Translations under genes and position numbers: made by a program
Notes under the pieces: generated by a model
The model's database searches: none
What the model saw: only the letters and a program-made list of their open reading frames with translations
Told to the model about the DNA's origin: nothing
Shown: positions 33,161-47,069 of the stretch, piece after piece
Layout: the number at the start of each line of letters is the position of its first letter
Position numbering within the stretch: position 1 is the stretch's first letter
From: the human T2T-CHM13v2.0 reference genome, Homo sapiens
Strand: one strand, 5' to 3'
Assembly (NCBI RefSeq): GCF_009914755.1
Contig: NC_060934.1
Length of the DNA: 64,000 bases

Positions 33161-36100
33161 GTAAAAGGGCACTCTGAGTAACAGAGTAACAGAGCAAATA
33201 TGTAATTTACATTCCATCACCACCCTCACCTTAAGGCCCTGTGTGGTCTGGCCCCGCTGCCGTTCTCACCTTCATATTTCACCCTCCCTTGTGTCCACAT
33301 TGGCCTTGAGGCTGTACTGCGCACTGGCCACCATACTGCTGCCCCAGGGCCTTTGCACCTGCCACTTGTTCTCCTTGATCTCTCTTCTCCAGATTTCTGC
33401 ATGGGTCACTTCCCCACTTCATTTAGTTTTTACTCAAAAAGCTCTTCACCAAAAAGTCTTCCCATCAATCTCCAATTCCTTATCCTGATTTATTTCTCTT
33501 CAAACACTTACTACACCTGTCATATTCAATTTATGACAGTCATCTGTCTTGCCCACTACAATGCAAGCTCCATGAGAGCAGAGGTTTTGGTTTGTTCACT
33601 GCTATATTCCTATGCCTAGATCAGAGCCTGGCTCATTCATTGTAGGTGCTCAATAAATATTTGTTGAATGAATGAGGCATGAGCCTTGGATCACATTGAA
33701 AGGGGTCTACAGGGTCGTCTCTTCTTGGACAGTGGGAAAATCACTGGACAAAGAGTCCTAAGACAGAAGTTCTAATCCAGGCTTTATCACTGTGTGACCT
33801 TGGGCAAGTCACTTAAGTAATGTGAACCTCAGTTTCGCAGGAGCCAAATATGCCTCAGTGGATTAACACAATAAAATGAAAGAGCAGATATGATAATGTT
33901 TTAAAAATCACAATTTTAATCCAAATATCACTTAAAAATTACTTTCCACGTTATTAGCAAAATCCACTGTTGCCCATTTCCCAGGAGGACTATGACATTT
34001 GTCCTCACTTGGTACCATGAGTTTGCCAGGCTGATAATTTGGAAGCAGACAAGCTATACCAGGTGGATGGAGTGTGCAAGCAGGGCCTCAGTTTGCATCT
34101 CCTCCCCTGTGAAGATATACGTAACTCAGAGATACTGAGTCAGCTTTTCTGTCCAAGCTTTTTCTGTGAAGCTTGGTTTTACATAACTCTGTAAAATCAA
34201 TTGAACATCAATGTTAATTAGGCATAATAACAGACAATTCACAAATTGTTTGACACCATGGGATACAAACACTACAGCACCACCAGTCCCACTTCTCACC
34301 TGTCACTAGTTCCTGTAACCCAGGTCTCATCTCCAGGCTTGAGAAGTGTCTCTTTTTCACATCACCCTGGTCTTCTATTGCTCTAAAGCAGTGTGTCTCC
34401 TAGAATGCTCTGTAGAGTGCCATGGCAATGTTAGGTGTTAGAAAGGGTTTGGGAAATGCTGGGATAGGCTAGATTGGATTCTTTGCTGCAGGACTTCTCA
34501 GGACCTTTATTATGCCAATATACTTTGAGGATCTCCCACACAGTAATAGAATAGGTATCATTGCTAAACGTGACTACAGAACCCCCTTTTCTCCACAGAG
34601 CATCTCTCTGCACTGGTGCTCCAAGAAATGCCTTTTTGGAAACCCTGCTCTAAAGTCTCCACCCTCCTTCCTGGTTCTGACCTGGGCAAGAATTCAGAGC
34701 AGGCTTCGCCCTGGCTCTTTCCCTACTGCCCACCCTTCAGGGGCTGCTTCATGTGCTTGGAGCAGTGGCCTTATTCATCCTTCTGCCCTCCCTGCTTCCT
34801 CTTTCCTTGTGACTCAAACATGCCATACATCTTCAATATTTTTTCCAATCAACAGTTTTCCCAAGGGAATAACCTCCCAGCGACTTCTAAGTGCCTTCGG
34901 ATCAGGCTGTCACCACTGTTTGGGGCTTGCTTGACGTCATCGCCCAGCAACTGTTGCCATGACAACTGAGATGCCTCTACCCTTTTGTAACAGTGGATGT
35001 TTATTGATCCCCCTCTCATTGCCCACATATGCACCAGAATGGAAGAGCAGCGTGGGTGGAGCTGCCTTGCTTATTGCTGTGTGTCCAGCACCTATGAGTG
35101 CTTAGCACATAGCAGGGGCATATAAATATTTGTCGAATAAGTGAGTCTATGGCTTGCAGATGGAAAACCCTCAGCCTGCCTCAGGGCTAAACTGAGAAAC
35201 AAAATCTGTTTCCGCTGAACATGAGGGTGTTAGACAGTGAACACAAAGCCCTTTCTCCACGCCTGACCTGCATTCCCCAGCTTTGGGGGCCTGCATGCTG
35301 GTCGTGGAAGGGTAGGTGGAATCTCTGGAAAGATGGAATTTTCTGTCCAGTGATTCTAGAAGGGAGGCTGTTGATTGACCAAGCAGCTCCCAGAGGAGAC
35401 TCAACCTTCAGGGTTGAGTCCCAACTTTGTCAGTGGGAACATCCTCTACCCATCCCCACATGTTGGCAGCAGCGGTCTGCTGGCATGGGGTGGCAGAAGG
35501 GTGTGAGGTAGGGTGGAGACTACCCCACGGTCTTCAGAAGCTCATGTGGGTGTGGAGGCAGTGAGTCTCAAAAAGGTCTGTCCTCAAAGGACTGAGGGGA
35601 ACTCCAGACTGAGTCTGTTGTCCTAGATGAGCAGCTGCGACACTTCAGTGGGCAAGAATCACCCGGGGAGTTTAGGAAACTTGCAGATTTCTGGGCCTCA
35701 CCCAGCCCCACACAATCCGAATGTCTGAAGGGGCCCCCCAGCATTTGCATGTCATCATGTACTCGGTGGCCGTGGACCACATTCCCCAGATGCTGTCCAC
35801 CTCTGCTGAGGTGCTGTGCCTCACCGGAGAAGACACTGGCACCTGGCATGGGGTACACTCCCCTACTTGACTGTGAGGCTCAAGCAAATCACTTCTCTTC
35901 TCAGGGCCTCTTAGTTCCAAAACTGCGGCAACCACAGAACCTATCCCAGAGGCTTGTTCTGTGGATTAGGATTAATCCTCAAAAGTTAATTGAGCATTTA
36001 GTTTAATCTAAAAGCACATCAAGCATTCTGCCCAGTGCAGAAGACATTTGAAATCCTGGATCAATGTTAATTATCTTTGACATCTAGCATGGGGAGAGGA

Positions 36101-36216
36101 GGAGGAGAGGAGCCACATTTGATTATAAAGCCCCCTTTTCTTCCTCGCACCCTACCAGTGGTGGGAACTGTGGAGAGAAGGAGATAGTAGCATCTCTCAG
36201 TGCTAAAAAAGATCCA

Positions 36217-36520
<304 letters not shown>

Positions 36521-36675
36521 TCCATCCACTTAAGCACTTGGTCCATGAGTGAGCCCACTTTGTCTGTCACCCGCAGCCATTGTCAGGTACCTGCTAGGGC
36601 TCTGGGTCACAGAAGACACAGGCATGCCTTGCTTCAGCTCCCATCCCCCAAGGAACCTGTAGTCTGGTGGGGGTC

Positions 36676-37049
36676 TGTGTTAGTCTGTTCTCACACTGCT
36701 TTAAAGAACTGCCTGAGACTGGGCAATTTATACAGAAAAGAGCTTTAGTTGACTCAGTTCCACATGGCTGGGGAGGCCTCAGGAAACTTGCAATCATGGC
36801 AGAAGGAGAAGCAAGGACCTTCTTTGCATGGTGGCAGGAGAGAGAAGAGAGTGAGCAGGAGGAGGGAAAACTGTCTTATAAAACCATCAGATCTCATGAG
36901 AACTCATTCACTATCACAAGAACAGCGTGGGGGAAACTGCCCCCATGATCCAAACACCTCCCACCTGGATCCTCCCTCCACACGTGGGGATTACGGGAAT
37001 TACAATTCGAGATGAGATTTGGTTAGGGATACAGATCCAAACCATATCC
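36676..37049 (-). mobile_element. MaLR solo LTR (THE1D/MSTA-type)
   Basis: tgtgttagtctgttctcacactgct...ccaaaccatatc. 5-bp TSD GGGTC (36671-36675 and 37050-37054). Confidence 0.88.
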
Positions 37050-37074
37050 GGGTCAGAGGTAAGAGGGACGCCTG

Positions 37075-37384
37075 GGCCGGGCGCGGTGGCTCAAGTCTGT
37101 AATCCTAGCACTTTGGGAGGCCAAGGCGGGTGGATCACGAGGTCAGGAGTTCGAGACCATCCTGGCTAACACGGTGAAACCCCGTCTCTACTAAAAATAC
37201 AAAAAAAAAAAAAAAAAAAATTAGCCGGGCGTGATGGCGGGCGCCTGTAGTCCCAGCTACTCAGGAGTCTGAGGCAGGAGAATGGGGTGAACCCAGGAGG
37301 TGGAGCTTGCAGTGAGCCGAGATGGCACCACTGCACTTCAGCCTGGGTGACAGAGCGAGACTCCGCTTCAAAAAAAAAAAAAAA
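37075..37384 (+). mobile_element. AluY
   Basis: Y-diagnostic segments gaccatcctggctaacacggtg, gaatgg(c/g)gtgaacc and ggagcttgcag. CpG-rich. Confidence 0.9.
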
Positions 37385-38645
37385 GTAGGACGCCTGGACA
37401 TCTACCACATAGTGTATGTGGCAACTGTCGCATGAGTGCCTGAAACAAAATGCTGCAAGATGCCAAGCGGGAGATGAACCAGGAATCCTTCTCAGAGTTC
37501 CTGGCATTAGAGTTTGGAGTTAAAGCCTGGGCAGAAGGATTCCCATGGGCAGAGATAGTAGAGAGTGGGAAAGAACTAGTTTATGATAAAGACAATGGGC
37601 TGGCGTCAGGCTGCCAAGTTGGCAGTCCACCTCGGCAGCTTCTTGTCTGAGTACTGGTGGGCAAGTTTTGTAAGCTCTTTGAGCCTCAGCTTCCTCATCT
37701 GTAAAATGGGGATCATCACAGTACATATGTCACAGAATTGTTGGGAGAATTTAAAAAGGTAAACTAAGTGATAGGTAAGGGCCTGGCACATAGTAGGTGC
37801 TCCATAAATGTGAGCCTTCATCAACATCACTCATCAAAAAGTATTTTTGCGACACTACACCAGGGACCCTGGGTACATTGTCGCCCTTCTTAGGATGGTG
37901 TGGGCAGCAAGAGGGATGAAGCTGCTGTCAGAATCAGCCCTTGTGGGTCCCCCAGCCTGTGCTTAGGCCTAGAGCGATATCCTTACTCAGAGGCGGTACC
38001 AATTCCTCTGCAGCCCACCCACCTGACACCCTGCCCAACTGATATTCTCTTAGATCTAACAGCCAAGGCAGCTTCCTTAGATTAACCAGGTTTCACCGGA
38101 ACACAAGTTCTAGTTTTGATTCTACATAATGACTTCCAGACTTGGATGTGCCAATATGGCCTCTGGCGTTTGAGCCCGAGGTGGTGCCCTGTGTATCCTG
38201 AGCAACCTTCACCCTGCAGAGCCATTGAGGGGAGGGGAGAGCTGAATAGTGTGGCCATCCCTTTTGAGACTTTTGTAATTTGTCTCATCTTTAATCCCAC
38301 TGAGCTAGATTTTCAGAGATGGGGGCTCTGACCCTGTATTATCAGTGGAGTGACCTTCAACAAGTTTCTTAAATTTCTTGAAATTCAATTTCCTCATCTG
38401 GGAAGTGGGAACAATGATAGTACAAATCTAGAGTAGGTATGAAGATTAAATGTGACGACTGAGAAGTAAATGTGCGGCACAGTGCCGGCCACACGGAAGC
38501 CCTCAGTAAAGCTAGAGATCTGTATGACTATGAGGCTGTTCACTCAGCAACTGTTGCCCTGGTCTCCACCATCAACAGGTGGACCTAAACTCCTGCACAG
38601 AGCAAGCAGCCACATTGAATCATAAAACAAACAACTATCCTTTAA

Positions 38646-38960
<315 letters not shown>

Positions 38961-40025
38961 TAGTTACAAGTATTCTAACGGGAATATTTTCAGCCATTCT
39001 GATCTTGCAGTTAAATTTACCTGAACTGTGAATGATGTTAATTACCTTCCATTACTCCCCCTCTTGAGATTCAGGAGTCTTGGGGGACACCTGTAGGATC
39101 TCCTGAAAGAAGAGCCCAGAATCCCCTTCTAAGCCCACATAACCAGGGCTGCCTTCATTGCCTGCCATGCCTCTGCTTCACTGCCAGCCCTGCTCATTAA
39201 TACAAAATATTAGAGGTCCCAGCAGCTCCACTGGTAGGAATTTATTCTACTGACATGCTCACCTAGGTGTGCAAGGATACGCATGAGGAGGCTTATTCCC
39301 CCAGTTGCCACCTCTCAACAGGGGACATAAATGTAAAATGGTCATTTTCCACAAATATCACCAGCAGTGCTCTGACAAGCTCCTCTTTCTTGCTGGGGCA
39401 GGGGCACCTTTAATGACACCTATGTCTGATTTACAGAGCTTTCCAGTCATTTTTTGATTATTTTACAATGTCAATCTCATAGTCAGTTCAAAGCTTCCCC
39501 TGCCCAAGGCGTAGGATGTGGGTTTGTGGTGCTGGAGCTGGGAGGAGGACAGAGAAGGAGGATGGGCTGCCCTGGCAGTGGTCTGGTCTCCCACAAGGAC
39601 AAGGAACTTGCATGATTGCCCCTATGAGGTGGTTGCCCCCTTCTGTTGGTCATTGCCTCTGATTTCCCTGTGTCTGGTGATGGTGCCAACAGGCCCTGTT
39701 GATGAGGGGATCATTCCCAAGCAGCACCCACTCCAACCCATGGGCGGGCCCTTCCCACACCCACTCCCACCAGGTATGGGCAGACCCTTCCCACACTCAG
39801 CTTCATTTTCAGGTTGGCTCCTGACAGAAGCTGCCCCAGCAAATGAGCAGCCTCTGATCACATCATCTTTCCTTAACCCCTGACTCAGGGGCCTGTAGGC
39901 AAGACTAGGATCCATTTTCTCCCGCTCCTGCAAAAGGAAAGGAACCTAGGGTGGGGTCCAGTGCTCCCTTCTGCCTGGCCTGCCACACTGGTATGCCATC
40001 TCCCACTCAACAACCTGTAGGGGAG

Positions 40026-40422
40026 TGATATGGTTTGGCTGTGTCCCCACCCAAATCTCATCTTGAATTGTAGTTCCCATAATCCCCATAATCTTGAATT
40101 GTAGTTCCCATAATGTCACGGGAGGAACCCGGTGGGAGGTAATTGAATCATGGGGATGGTTTCCCACAGGCTACTCTTGTAATAGTAAGTTCTCATGAAA
40201 TCTGATGGTTTTATAAGGGTCTCCCCCTTCGCTTGGTTCTCATTCTTCTCCTTCCTGCCACCATGTGGAGAAAGGAAACATTTTCTTCCCCTTCTGCCAT
40301 GATTGTAAGTTTCCTGAGGCCTCCCCAGCCCCACAGAACTATGAGTCAATTAAACCTCTTTTCTTTATAAATTATCCAGTCTTGGGTATGTCCTTATAGC
40401 AGCATGAGAACGGAATAATATA
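40026..40422 (+). mobile_element. MaLR solo LTR (THE1) with an internal ~24-bp tandem duplication
   Basis: Starts tgatatggtttggctgtgtccccacccaaatctcatcttgaattgtag. 5-bp TSD GGGAG (40021-40025 and 40423-40427). atcttgaattgtagttcccataat occurs twice. Confidence 0.9.
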
Positions 40423-41172
40423 GGGAGAGAGGGGAAGAGTATGCACACTGCTATTTCAGCTGCTACCTCCCCAAACAAGGCCAAAGAAATAAAATACTCC
40501 TCAATAGGGGCTAGATAAATTGCAACCACCATTTATAGAAGATAACAAGAATGAAGTGCCTTCTCTGTGCAGATATGGCCCGAGCACCATGATATACTGC
40601 TAGGTGAAAAAGGAGCAAGGCCCAGAGTGTGGTGCGTGGTGTGGGCCCATCTGTGTACCAGGTAAAAGAGCAGATGCCTGCAATCCCACGCCAGGAATAT
40701 TGTGTGTGGCAGTGGTGCATTTCCAGAAAGCCATATGGGAAAATACTCACGTTAGTCACCTCCCAGGGTGGAAATAGAGGGTAGAGAAGGCCAGATGTTC
40801 TTCATTTGTTCCCCATCAGTATAGCATTGTTTGAGTTTGAACCCTAAGCACATTGTGCTTGCAAACAATTAAAGAGACATCTCTTTTAAAAAAATAACAG
40901 GGAAGATGTCCCTCTTGTAGACCACCCAATTCAGTCTTTTCACTTCCCCTCATAACTCTGTTTAGAAGGTAGGTGATTTTCTGCTTTATTTCTCAGGAGT
41001 CCAGCCGGGGTCCCATTTCTCCAGCACATCCTAAGCTCGGGCACACAAAGTCCCAGAGGCACACAGCTTCAGTGGCTTGGGGATAGCAGATTCCAACTCT
41101 TGGGCCCCTAACTCAAAATCCCCAACAACCCTCAGTCACCTGTGGCTCCAGTCCTGTTTTGGTTTTCCACAG

Positions 41173-41562
41173 ATCACAAAGGCATCAAGGAAGAGGCTCA
41201 CGGTAAGCCTGGCCTACTCGGAGAGCCACCAGATCCGCGTGTCCCAGCAGGACTTCCGGCTCTTCCGCACCCTCTTCCTCCTCATGGTCTCCTTCTTCAT
41301 CATGTGGAGCCCCATCATCATCACCATCCTCCTCATCCTGATCCAGAACTTCAAGCAAGACCTGGTCATCTGGCCGTCCCTCTTCTTCTGGGTGGTGGCC
41401 TTCACATTTGCTAATTCAGCCCTAAACCCCATCCTCTACAACATGACACTGTGCAGGAATGAGTGGAAGAAAATTTTTTGCTGCTTCTGGTTCCCAGAAA
41501 AGGGAGCCATTTTAACAGACACATCTGTCAAAAGAAATGACTTGTCGATTATTTCTGGCTAA
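41173..41562 (+). CDS. FFAR4: FFAR4 last coding exon (ICL3, TM6-TM7, C-tail)
   Basis: Acceptor ttttccacag|ATC. ITKASRKRLTV...MWSP...NSALNPILY...DLSIISG then TAA. 189+43+129=361 aa. Codon Arg254 (Arg270 in the long form) at 41236-41238 is CGC, the non-variant allele of R270H. Confidence 0.98.
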   Translation: MTKASRKRLTVSLAYSESHQIRVSQQDFRLFRTLFLLMVSFFIMWSPIIITILLILIQNFKQDLVIWPSLFFWVVAFTFANSALNPILYNMTLCRNEWKKIFCCFWFPEKGAILTDTSVKRNDLSIISG

Positions 41563-41716
41563 TTTTTCTTTATAGCAGAGTTTCTCACACCTGGCGAGCT
41601 GTGGCATGCTTTTAAACAGAGTTCATTTCCAGTACCCTCCATCAGTGCACCCTGCTTTAAGAAAATGAACTTATGCAAATAGACATCCACAGCGTCGGTA
41701 AATTAAGGGGTGATCA

Positions 41717-42080
<364 letters not shown>

Positions 42081-42124
42081 TTAAATGTGAACTTTTTTAG
42101 TGTGTTTGTAATATGATCAAATTT

Positions 42125-42130
42125 AATAAA
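42125..42130 (+). terminator. FFAR4: Proximal FFAR4 polyadenylation signal (AATAAA)
   Basis: AATAAA ~560 nt after the stop codon, just past the 3'UTR Alu, in an AU-rich context. Confidence 0.55.
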
Positions 42131-42624
42131 TATTTATTTATGACTGTTCAGCAATCACATCTCCTACATATAAAGCCACACCATAGTGGTTTCTGAAGTG
42201 AGTCTTAGAACCGATTCAGGACACAGATTTCTCCTCTGAAGGGTCACAGCCACCCTGTGCCCTACCTTGGACTCGCAAGGGTTTAGGATCATTCGTTGAT
42301 GTCAAGAGCAATTGAAGAATTTCTAAGGAACAGTTAAAGATGACTTACTTTTTTTTTTTTTCATTTATAAAAATGCCATGGACCCTTTTAAGAGAATCGG
42401 CATCATGAAATGAGAGAGAAAGTAGGATGGCTCTGAAATGTTTGAGAGTGAGTTCAGGAGTGGTTTACTCCTGACGCATCCAGCAGAGATGCCTCTTAAG
42501 CACCAGCCATGGCAGACAGTGTCCTTTGTGCTAGGAATACAGTGGTGAACCAGACAGCCATGGCCCTCTCTCAGGGAACTTACCTTCGAGTCAGGGGCAG
42601 AAAAACTAAATAAAAGTCAATAAA

Positions 42625-42811
<187 letters not shown>

Positions 42812-44001
42812 TAAATAGTATAGCATCACAGAGCGAATAAGCACTGTGAAGAAAATGGGACGGGGGCTATGGTAGTGATGGGAATTTAGATCAGATGGGG
42901 AGGGGCCTAAGGAGACCTTTCTGAGGAGTGACAAATTGGATCAAAAGGTAAGCGACAAGAAAGGGCCACCTGTGTGAATGGGGGAAGGGACACAGAAGAG
43001 ATGTTAGTGCAAGGAGGCTGACACGCTTGAAGGGAGAGTGGCGTAAGCCGACTATTGATGGAGCCTCCTCTGCACTAGGCACTGCCTTTAATGCTGAGAC
43101 GAGGGGTACCCGGCTGGGGCCTGTCAGTTGAGGCCAGAGAAATTGCAGGGTTAGATCACATAGGGCCTAGGAGTTTATTCTGTTCTCCAAGCCCCTGGAG
43201 GTTGGCAACTGGAGGCTGACGTGACCTGATGAATGTGTGCAAAGATTACCCTGGCTGCTGGGCAGGGAATAGACTCTGAGGAGCATGAGTGAAAATGGAG
43301 ACCAGTTGGGCAGCTGCTGAAGTGTGACATGGGGATGGGACCTTGGAGGTGAGTGGCATTAGGGAGGGATTGTGAGAAATGACTTGTAAATATACCTTGG
43401 GAAGGTAAAACAAAGATGATTTATTGATGGGAAGGATGGAATTGATAGAATGTGAGGGAAAGGGAGAACTCAAGGGGAATACTCTGATTTTTTAGCCTGT
43501 CATTGGTTGGATGGTGAAGCAGGCAACAAAAATGGGGGGGCCTGGGCAAAGATTAGGGGTGGGGGAGCCAAGAGTTTCATTTGGAGCTCATCAGTTTGAA
43601 ATCTCAGTGAGACTTCCAAATTGAATAGGCAGTTGGATGCAGAGATGTGGAGCTTGGGCCTGGAGATGCACATTGTTTGGAGATATAAATGGTGTTTATA
43701 GACCTATGGTTTTATAATACATCCCTTGGAGAGATAGAGAGAAACCAGAGCCAAAGACCGAACCCAGGGTCACTCCACCACTTGGAGGCTGGGCCAGTGG
43801 CTGGAATGCACAGCAGCACGGGGCCTGGTGTATAGTAGGTGTTCAACAAATCTTTGTTGCTGAGGAAATCAGCACCAGCAGTAGTGACTGCTTATGCAGT
43901 TTCTGGAGCAGCTTGCTTCTGAAGTCAGATTCATGGATATCACAAGCTCGAAGACAAACGAACAGAGATGTTTTGCTCACTTTAGTTAATAGATTTGATC
44001 A

Positions 44002-44007
44002 ATTAAA
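44002..44007 (+). terminator. FFAR4: Candidate distal FFAR4 polyadenylation signal (ATTAAA)
   Basis: ATTAAA followed by T/GT-rich sequence (gtttttggaagtgatgtgtgg). Consistent with a recalled long FFAR4 3'UTR. Confidence 0.55.
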
Positions 44008-44040
44008 CCTGTTTTTGGAAGTGATGTGTGGCTATCTTAT

Positions 44041-44659
44041 TGAAGCGGCATTGCTGTCTGGGGTAAATAACCGGGGTTTGTCATCTTGCGCCAAGAGGAT
44101 TAAGGACACGGACATATGTGGGTGGGTTAAGGAACAGAATGTTTAATAGGCAGAAGAAAGGAGAGAGGAGAGCAGCTCTCTCTCTCGTGAGACAGAGGCA
44201 TCTGAAAAGGGAAAAGTGGTGGACCACAGCGTATTTTATAGGCAGGCTTGAGGAGGTGGTGTCTGATTTACATAGGGCTCACAGATTGGTTTGACCAGGT
44301 GTGACGTTTATGTAGTGCACGAGAAAGGCTGGCCACCCCACCCAAATCTGATTATGCAAATGGACTTTCCACTTGGCCATCTTGTCTTCTCCTTACTGCA
44401 CTCATAGCTGGCAAAAAGAGAAGACGGAGCCGCCATTTTGAACATGCTTAGTCTTAGGTAGTACATTCCAATGGACACAACTGCTGGCATTCACCCATGC
44501 AAGCTTCCAACTTGCTTGTCTATGTCTGCAGCACGATTTTACAGCTGCTTTTTGTTAGAAAAGGATTTAGGGGCTGCTTTTCATTAAAAGGAAAATCTTA
44601 CCAAGGACTTCCATACCCTCACTATCTGCCCGAGTAATTTCTTTTTAACTCCTATATCA
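44041..44659 (-). mobile_element. ERV1 (MER4-group) solo LTR; subfamily not assigned
   Basis: TG...CA termini and 4-bp TSD TTAT (44037-44040 and 44660-44663). On the minus strand it carries CCAAT (~44285), TATAAAA (44234-44240) and ATTAAA (44142-44147) in LTR order. Confidence 0.85.
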
Positions 44660-45661
44660 TTATGGTTCTCTGAGGTTGTCAAACTGAAGCTGCGGAGCAA
44701 GGCTCTGACAGCCTGTGGTTCCGTGAGAGAGGAAGGCAAAGCTCTCCCATGCACATCACCTGTCTCCTCTGTCTTTGGTGGAGAACACTAGCATGGGGCC
44801 CCCGGGAGCCTCCCACGGTCCCTGGATATTCCAACACCCAGGCGGAGATCTGTGACCCTTTCCTCACTCCCAGTGCATTTCATAGACATCAGCCTGGCAT
44901 CACCGGTTTCACAGCTCCCCAGAGCTCTAAGGGACATTGCCTAATTGAATCCTCACTGCAGCCCATCAGGCAAGGACTATTTTCCCTTATCTCCCAAGAA
45001 AAGAGTGAGGCTCAGATAAGCCTTGTAACCAGCCCCAAATCCACAGCTAATATATATCTGAAGCAGATTTGCACTTACACCAAGACCCTCTGGTACCAAA
45101 GCCTTGCTGCTTTTTTCAAGATGAGAAATGGAGGCCCCTGGGAACGCCTGGAAAACTGAGGCAAGTGGCCTTGCACCCATACACTAGGGTTCCCACGTGC
45201 TGCTAATGATGCAGGATGCTGGTGCTCTGTCCCAGCCCCTGCAACTCACCCCCTACCCAGCCCCTCCCTGCATTCCGGGTAGGGGGTGCTCTGATCTTTC
45301 CTATAGAATGAGATTCCAGAGCCCCATCTTCGAATTTCCCCAGAGGCCTCCCTCCTCCCCATCAACATTTTGCCTACACCTGAAAGAGGTGAGCTGCATG
45401 CTAGAGACAATAAAGGGCTAAGGAGTGTTTCCTAGAGCTCACTTTGTCCCCTGTGGCTCAGCCTCTCAAATCCAGCACTGGTGAGCTGCCAGCCCGCCCA
45501 CCTCCCTCACAGGCCTAGGGCTGACTGAGGACTTGGGCTCACTGGACTGACCTGTCTACTCACTTCCTCTTTTGGCACCAGTGCTTTGGCCAGGCTGGTA
45601 GGTAAGGCTTCCCTAAGTTAAAGAGGAAACTTCCTTTTCAGGAAGTTGGGAGAAGCCAGTA

Positions 45662-45667
45662 TTTAAT
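45662..45667 (-). terminator. RBP4: RBP4 distal polyadenylation signal (ATTAAA)
   Basis: Second minus-strand ATTAAA ~150 nt further downstream. Confidence 0.5.
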
Positions 45668-45810
45668 AATGGAGATTAGGCACTAGAACAGGCCAAAGGT
45701 CAGAAAGAGCCACGTGCTCCTGGTATAAAGAAGCGCACCCCACCCATCCGTCTGCAGCACAGACATAAACACAAATGAAAACTAAAATCACAGGACACGG
45801 GTGACTATAG

Positions 45811-45816
45811 TTTAAT
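45811..45816 (-). terminator. RBP4: RBP4 proximal polyadenylation signal (ATTAAA)
   Basis: ATTAAA on the minus strand ~210 nt after the stop, followed by GT/T-rich gtgtcctgtgattttagttttcatttgtgttt. Confidence 0.75.
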
Positions 45817-46026
45817 GAATCAGAGTCTGGAATCTTAAGCCCCAGAAACTTTCAGGAAAGGCAAGCAGATTCACTGACCCCCACGTGTATCTTTATGTGT
45901 AATGAAGGTTTTATGGGAACTGAGGGAAGATGGGGAGAGAAGGGCAAATTAAACTCCTAAGATAAATAGAGCTGAAGACTGAGAGCTAATCAGAAGTTCT
46001 CAGATGAAACTAGATTCTTGATATTG

Positions 46027-46064
46027 CTACAAAAGGTTTCTTTCTGATCTGCCATCGCAGTAAC
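46027..46064 (-). CDS. RBP4: RBP4 coding part of exon 6
   Basis: ttttccag|GT TAC TGC encoding GYCDGRSERNLL then TAG. Total CDS 111+137+107+213+38=606 nt, 201 aa. Confidence 0.97.
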
Positions 46065-46765
46065 CTGGAAAATACAAAACAAAGCCATTAACGACAGAAA
46101 GTGGACCCAGTTTTTATGTAGATAATGAACATCATGATGGCCTTAGAGCTGGCTTCATTCAAATGCTTCTTAATTCAAATGCATCACAGCAGATTGCAAC
46201 CCTTACGGATACAGGTGGCTGTAATTCATAAACACCTTCAAGGCTGTTTCTGAAACCCACTGAATTTTCTCTGGACGTAATGGGGGTGGAGAGAATATGA
46301 CTTGCTGGATGAACAGGGCTTCCTTTGATTTCTCTTAAGTCTGCCTTATTGCATTTCAAAGTGTCGGGGGCCACCCTCAGCTTTCAGGAAGTGGGAGCCA
46401 AGGCAGCCTGACCTGGGACACACTGGTGATGGTTTTATAAAGTGCTTCTATGTCTCATGTCATGTGTCACCAGATGGTGTGGCACAAGGGACTTCAGAGT
46501 CACAAAACTCTAGGTTTGCATCCAACTCAGCTACCTATTAAAGATTTAGGGCAACTTTCTTCCTCATTGTCAGCCTCTGTTTTCTCATCTGTACAATGTG
46601 CATAATCTGCTTCCTACGGTGCCCTGCTGTGGTGGAATCCTTGCTGGCCCTACATTTAATTTTGAAGGGTGAAGCTTCAAAATCAATTTGATTTTGGTCT
46701 AAGTTCCCATCTGTTTGGTGTAGTGGGTCAGTTCGTGACCAACAGAAATGCTCCATTTTGTTTGA

Positions 46766-47069
46766 TTATTATTATTTTTTTTTTTTTGAGGCAGAATCTT
46801 GCTCTGTTGCCCAGGCTGGAATGCAGTGGTGCAACCTCAACTCACTGCAGCCTCCGCCTCCCGGGCTCAAGTAATTCTCCTGCCTCAACCTCGTGAGCAG
46901 CTGGGATTACAGGCGCATGCCACCACGCCTGGCTAATTTTTGTATTTTTAGTAGAGATGGGGTTTTGCCATGTTGGCCAGGCCAATCTTGAACTCCTGAC
47001 CTCATGTGATCAGCCCACCTCGGCCTCCAAAAGTGCTGGGATTTCAGGTGTGAGCCACCATGCCTGGCC
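46766..47069 (-). mobile_element. AluS in RBP4 intron 5
   Basis: Alu consensus. TSD ccattttgttt. Confidence 0.9.

Noticed and set aside
41077-41172. In-frame N-terminal extension of the FFAR4 last exon in the ORF track
   Set aside because: Starts at a non-ATG codon in intronic sequence upstream of the clear acceptor at 41172.
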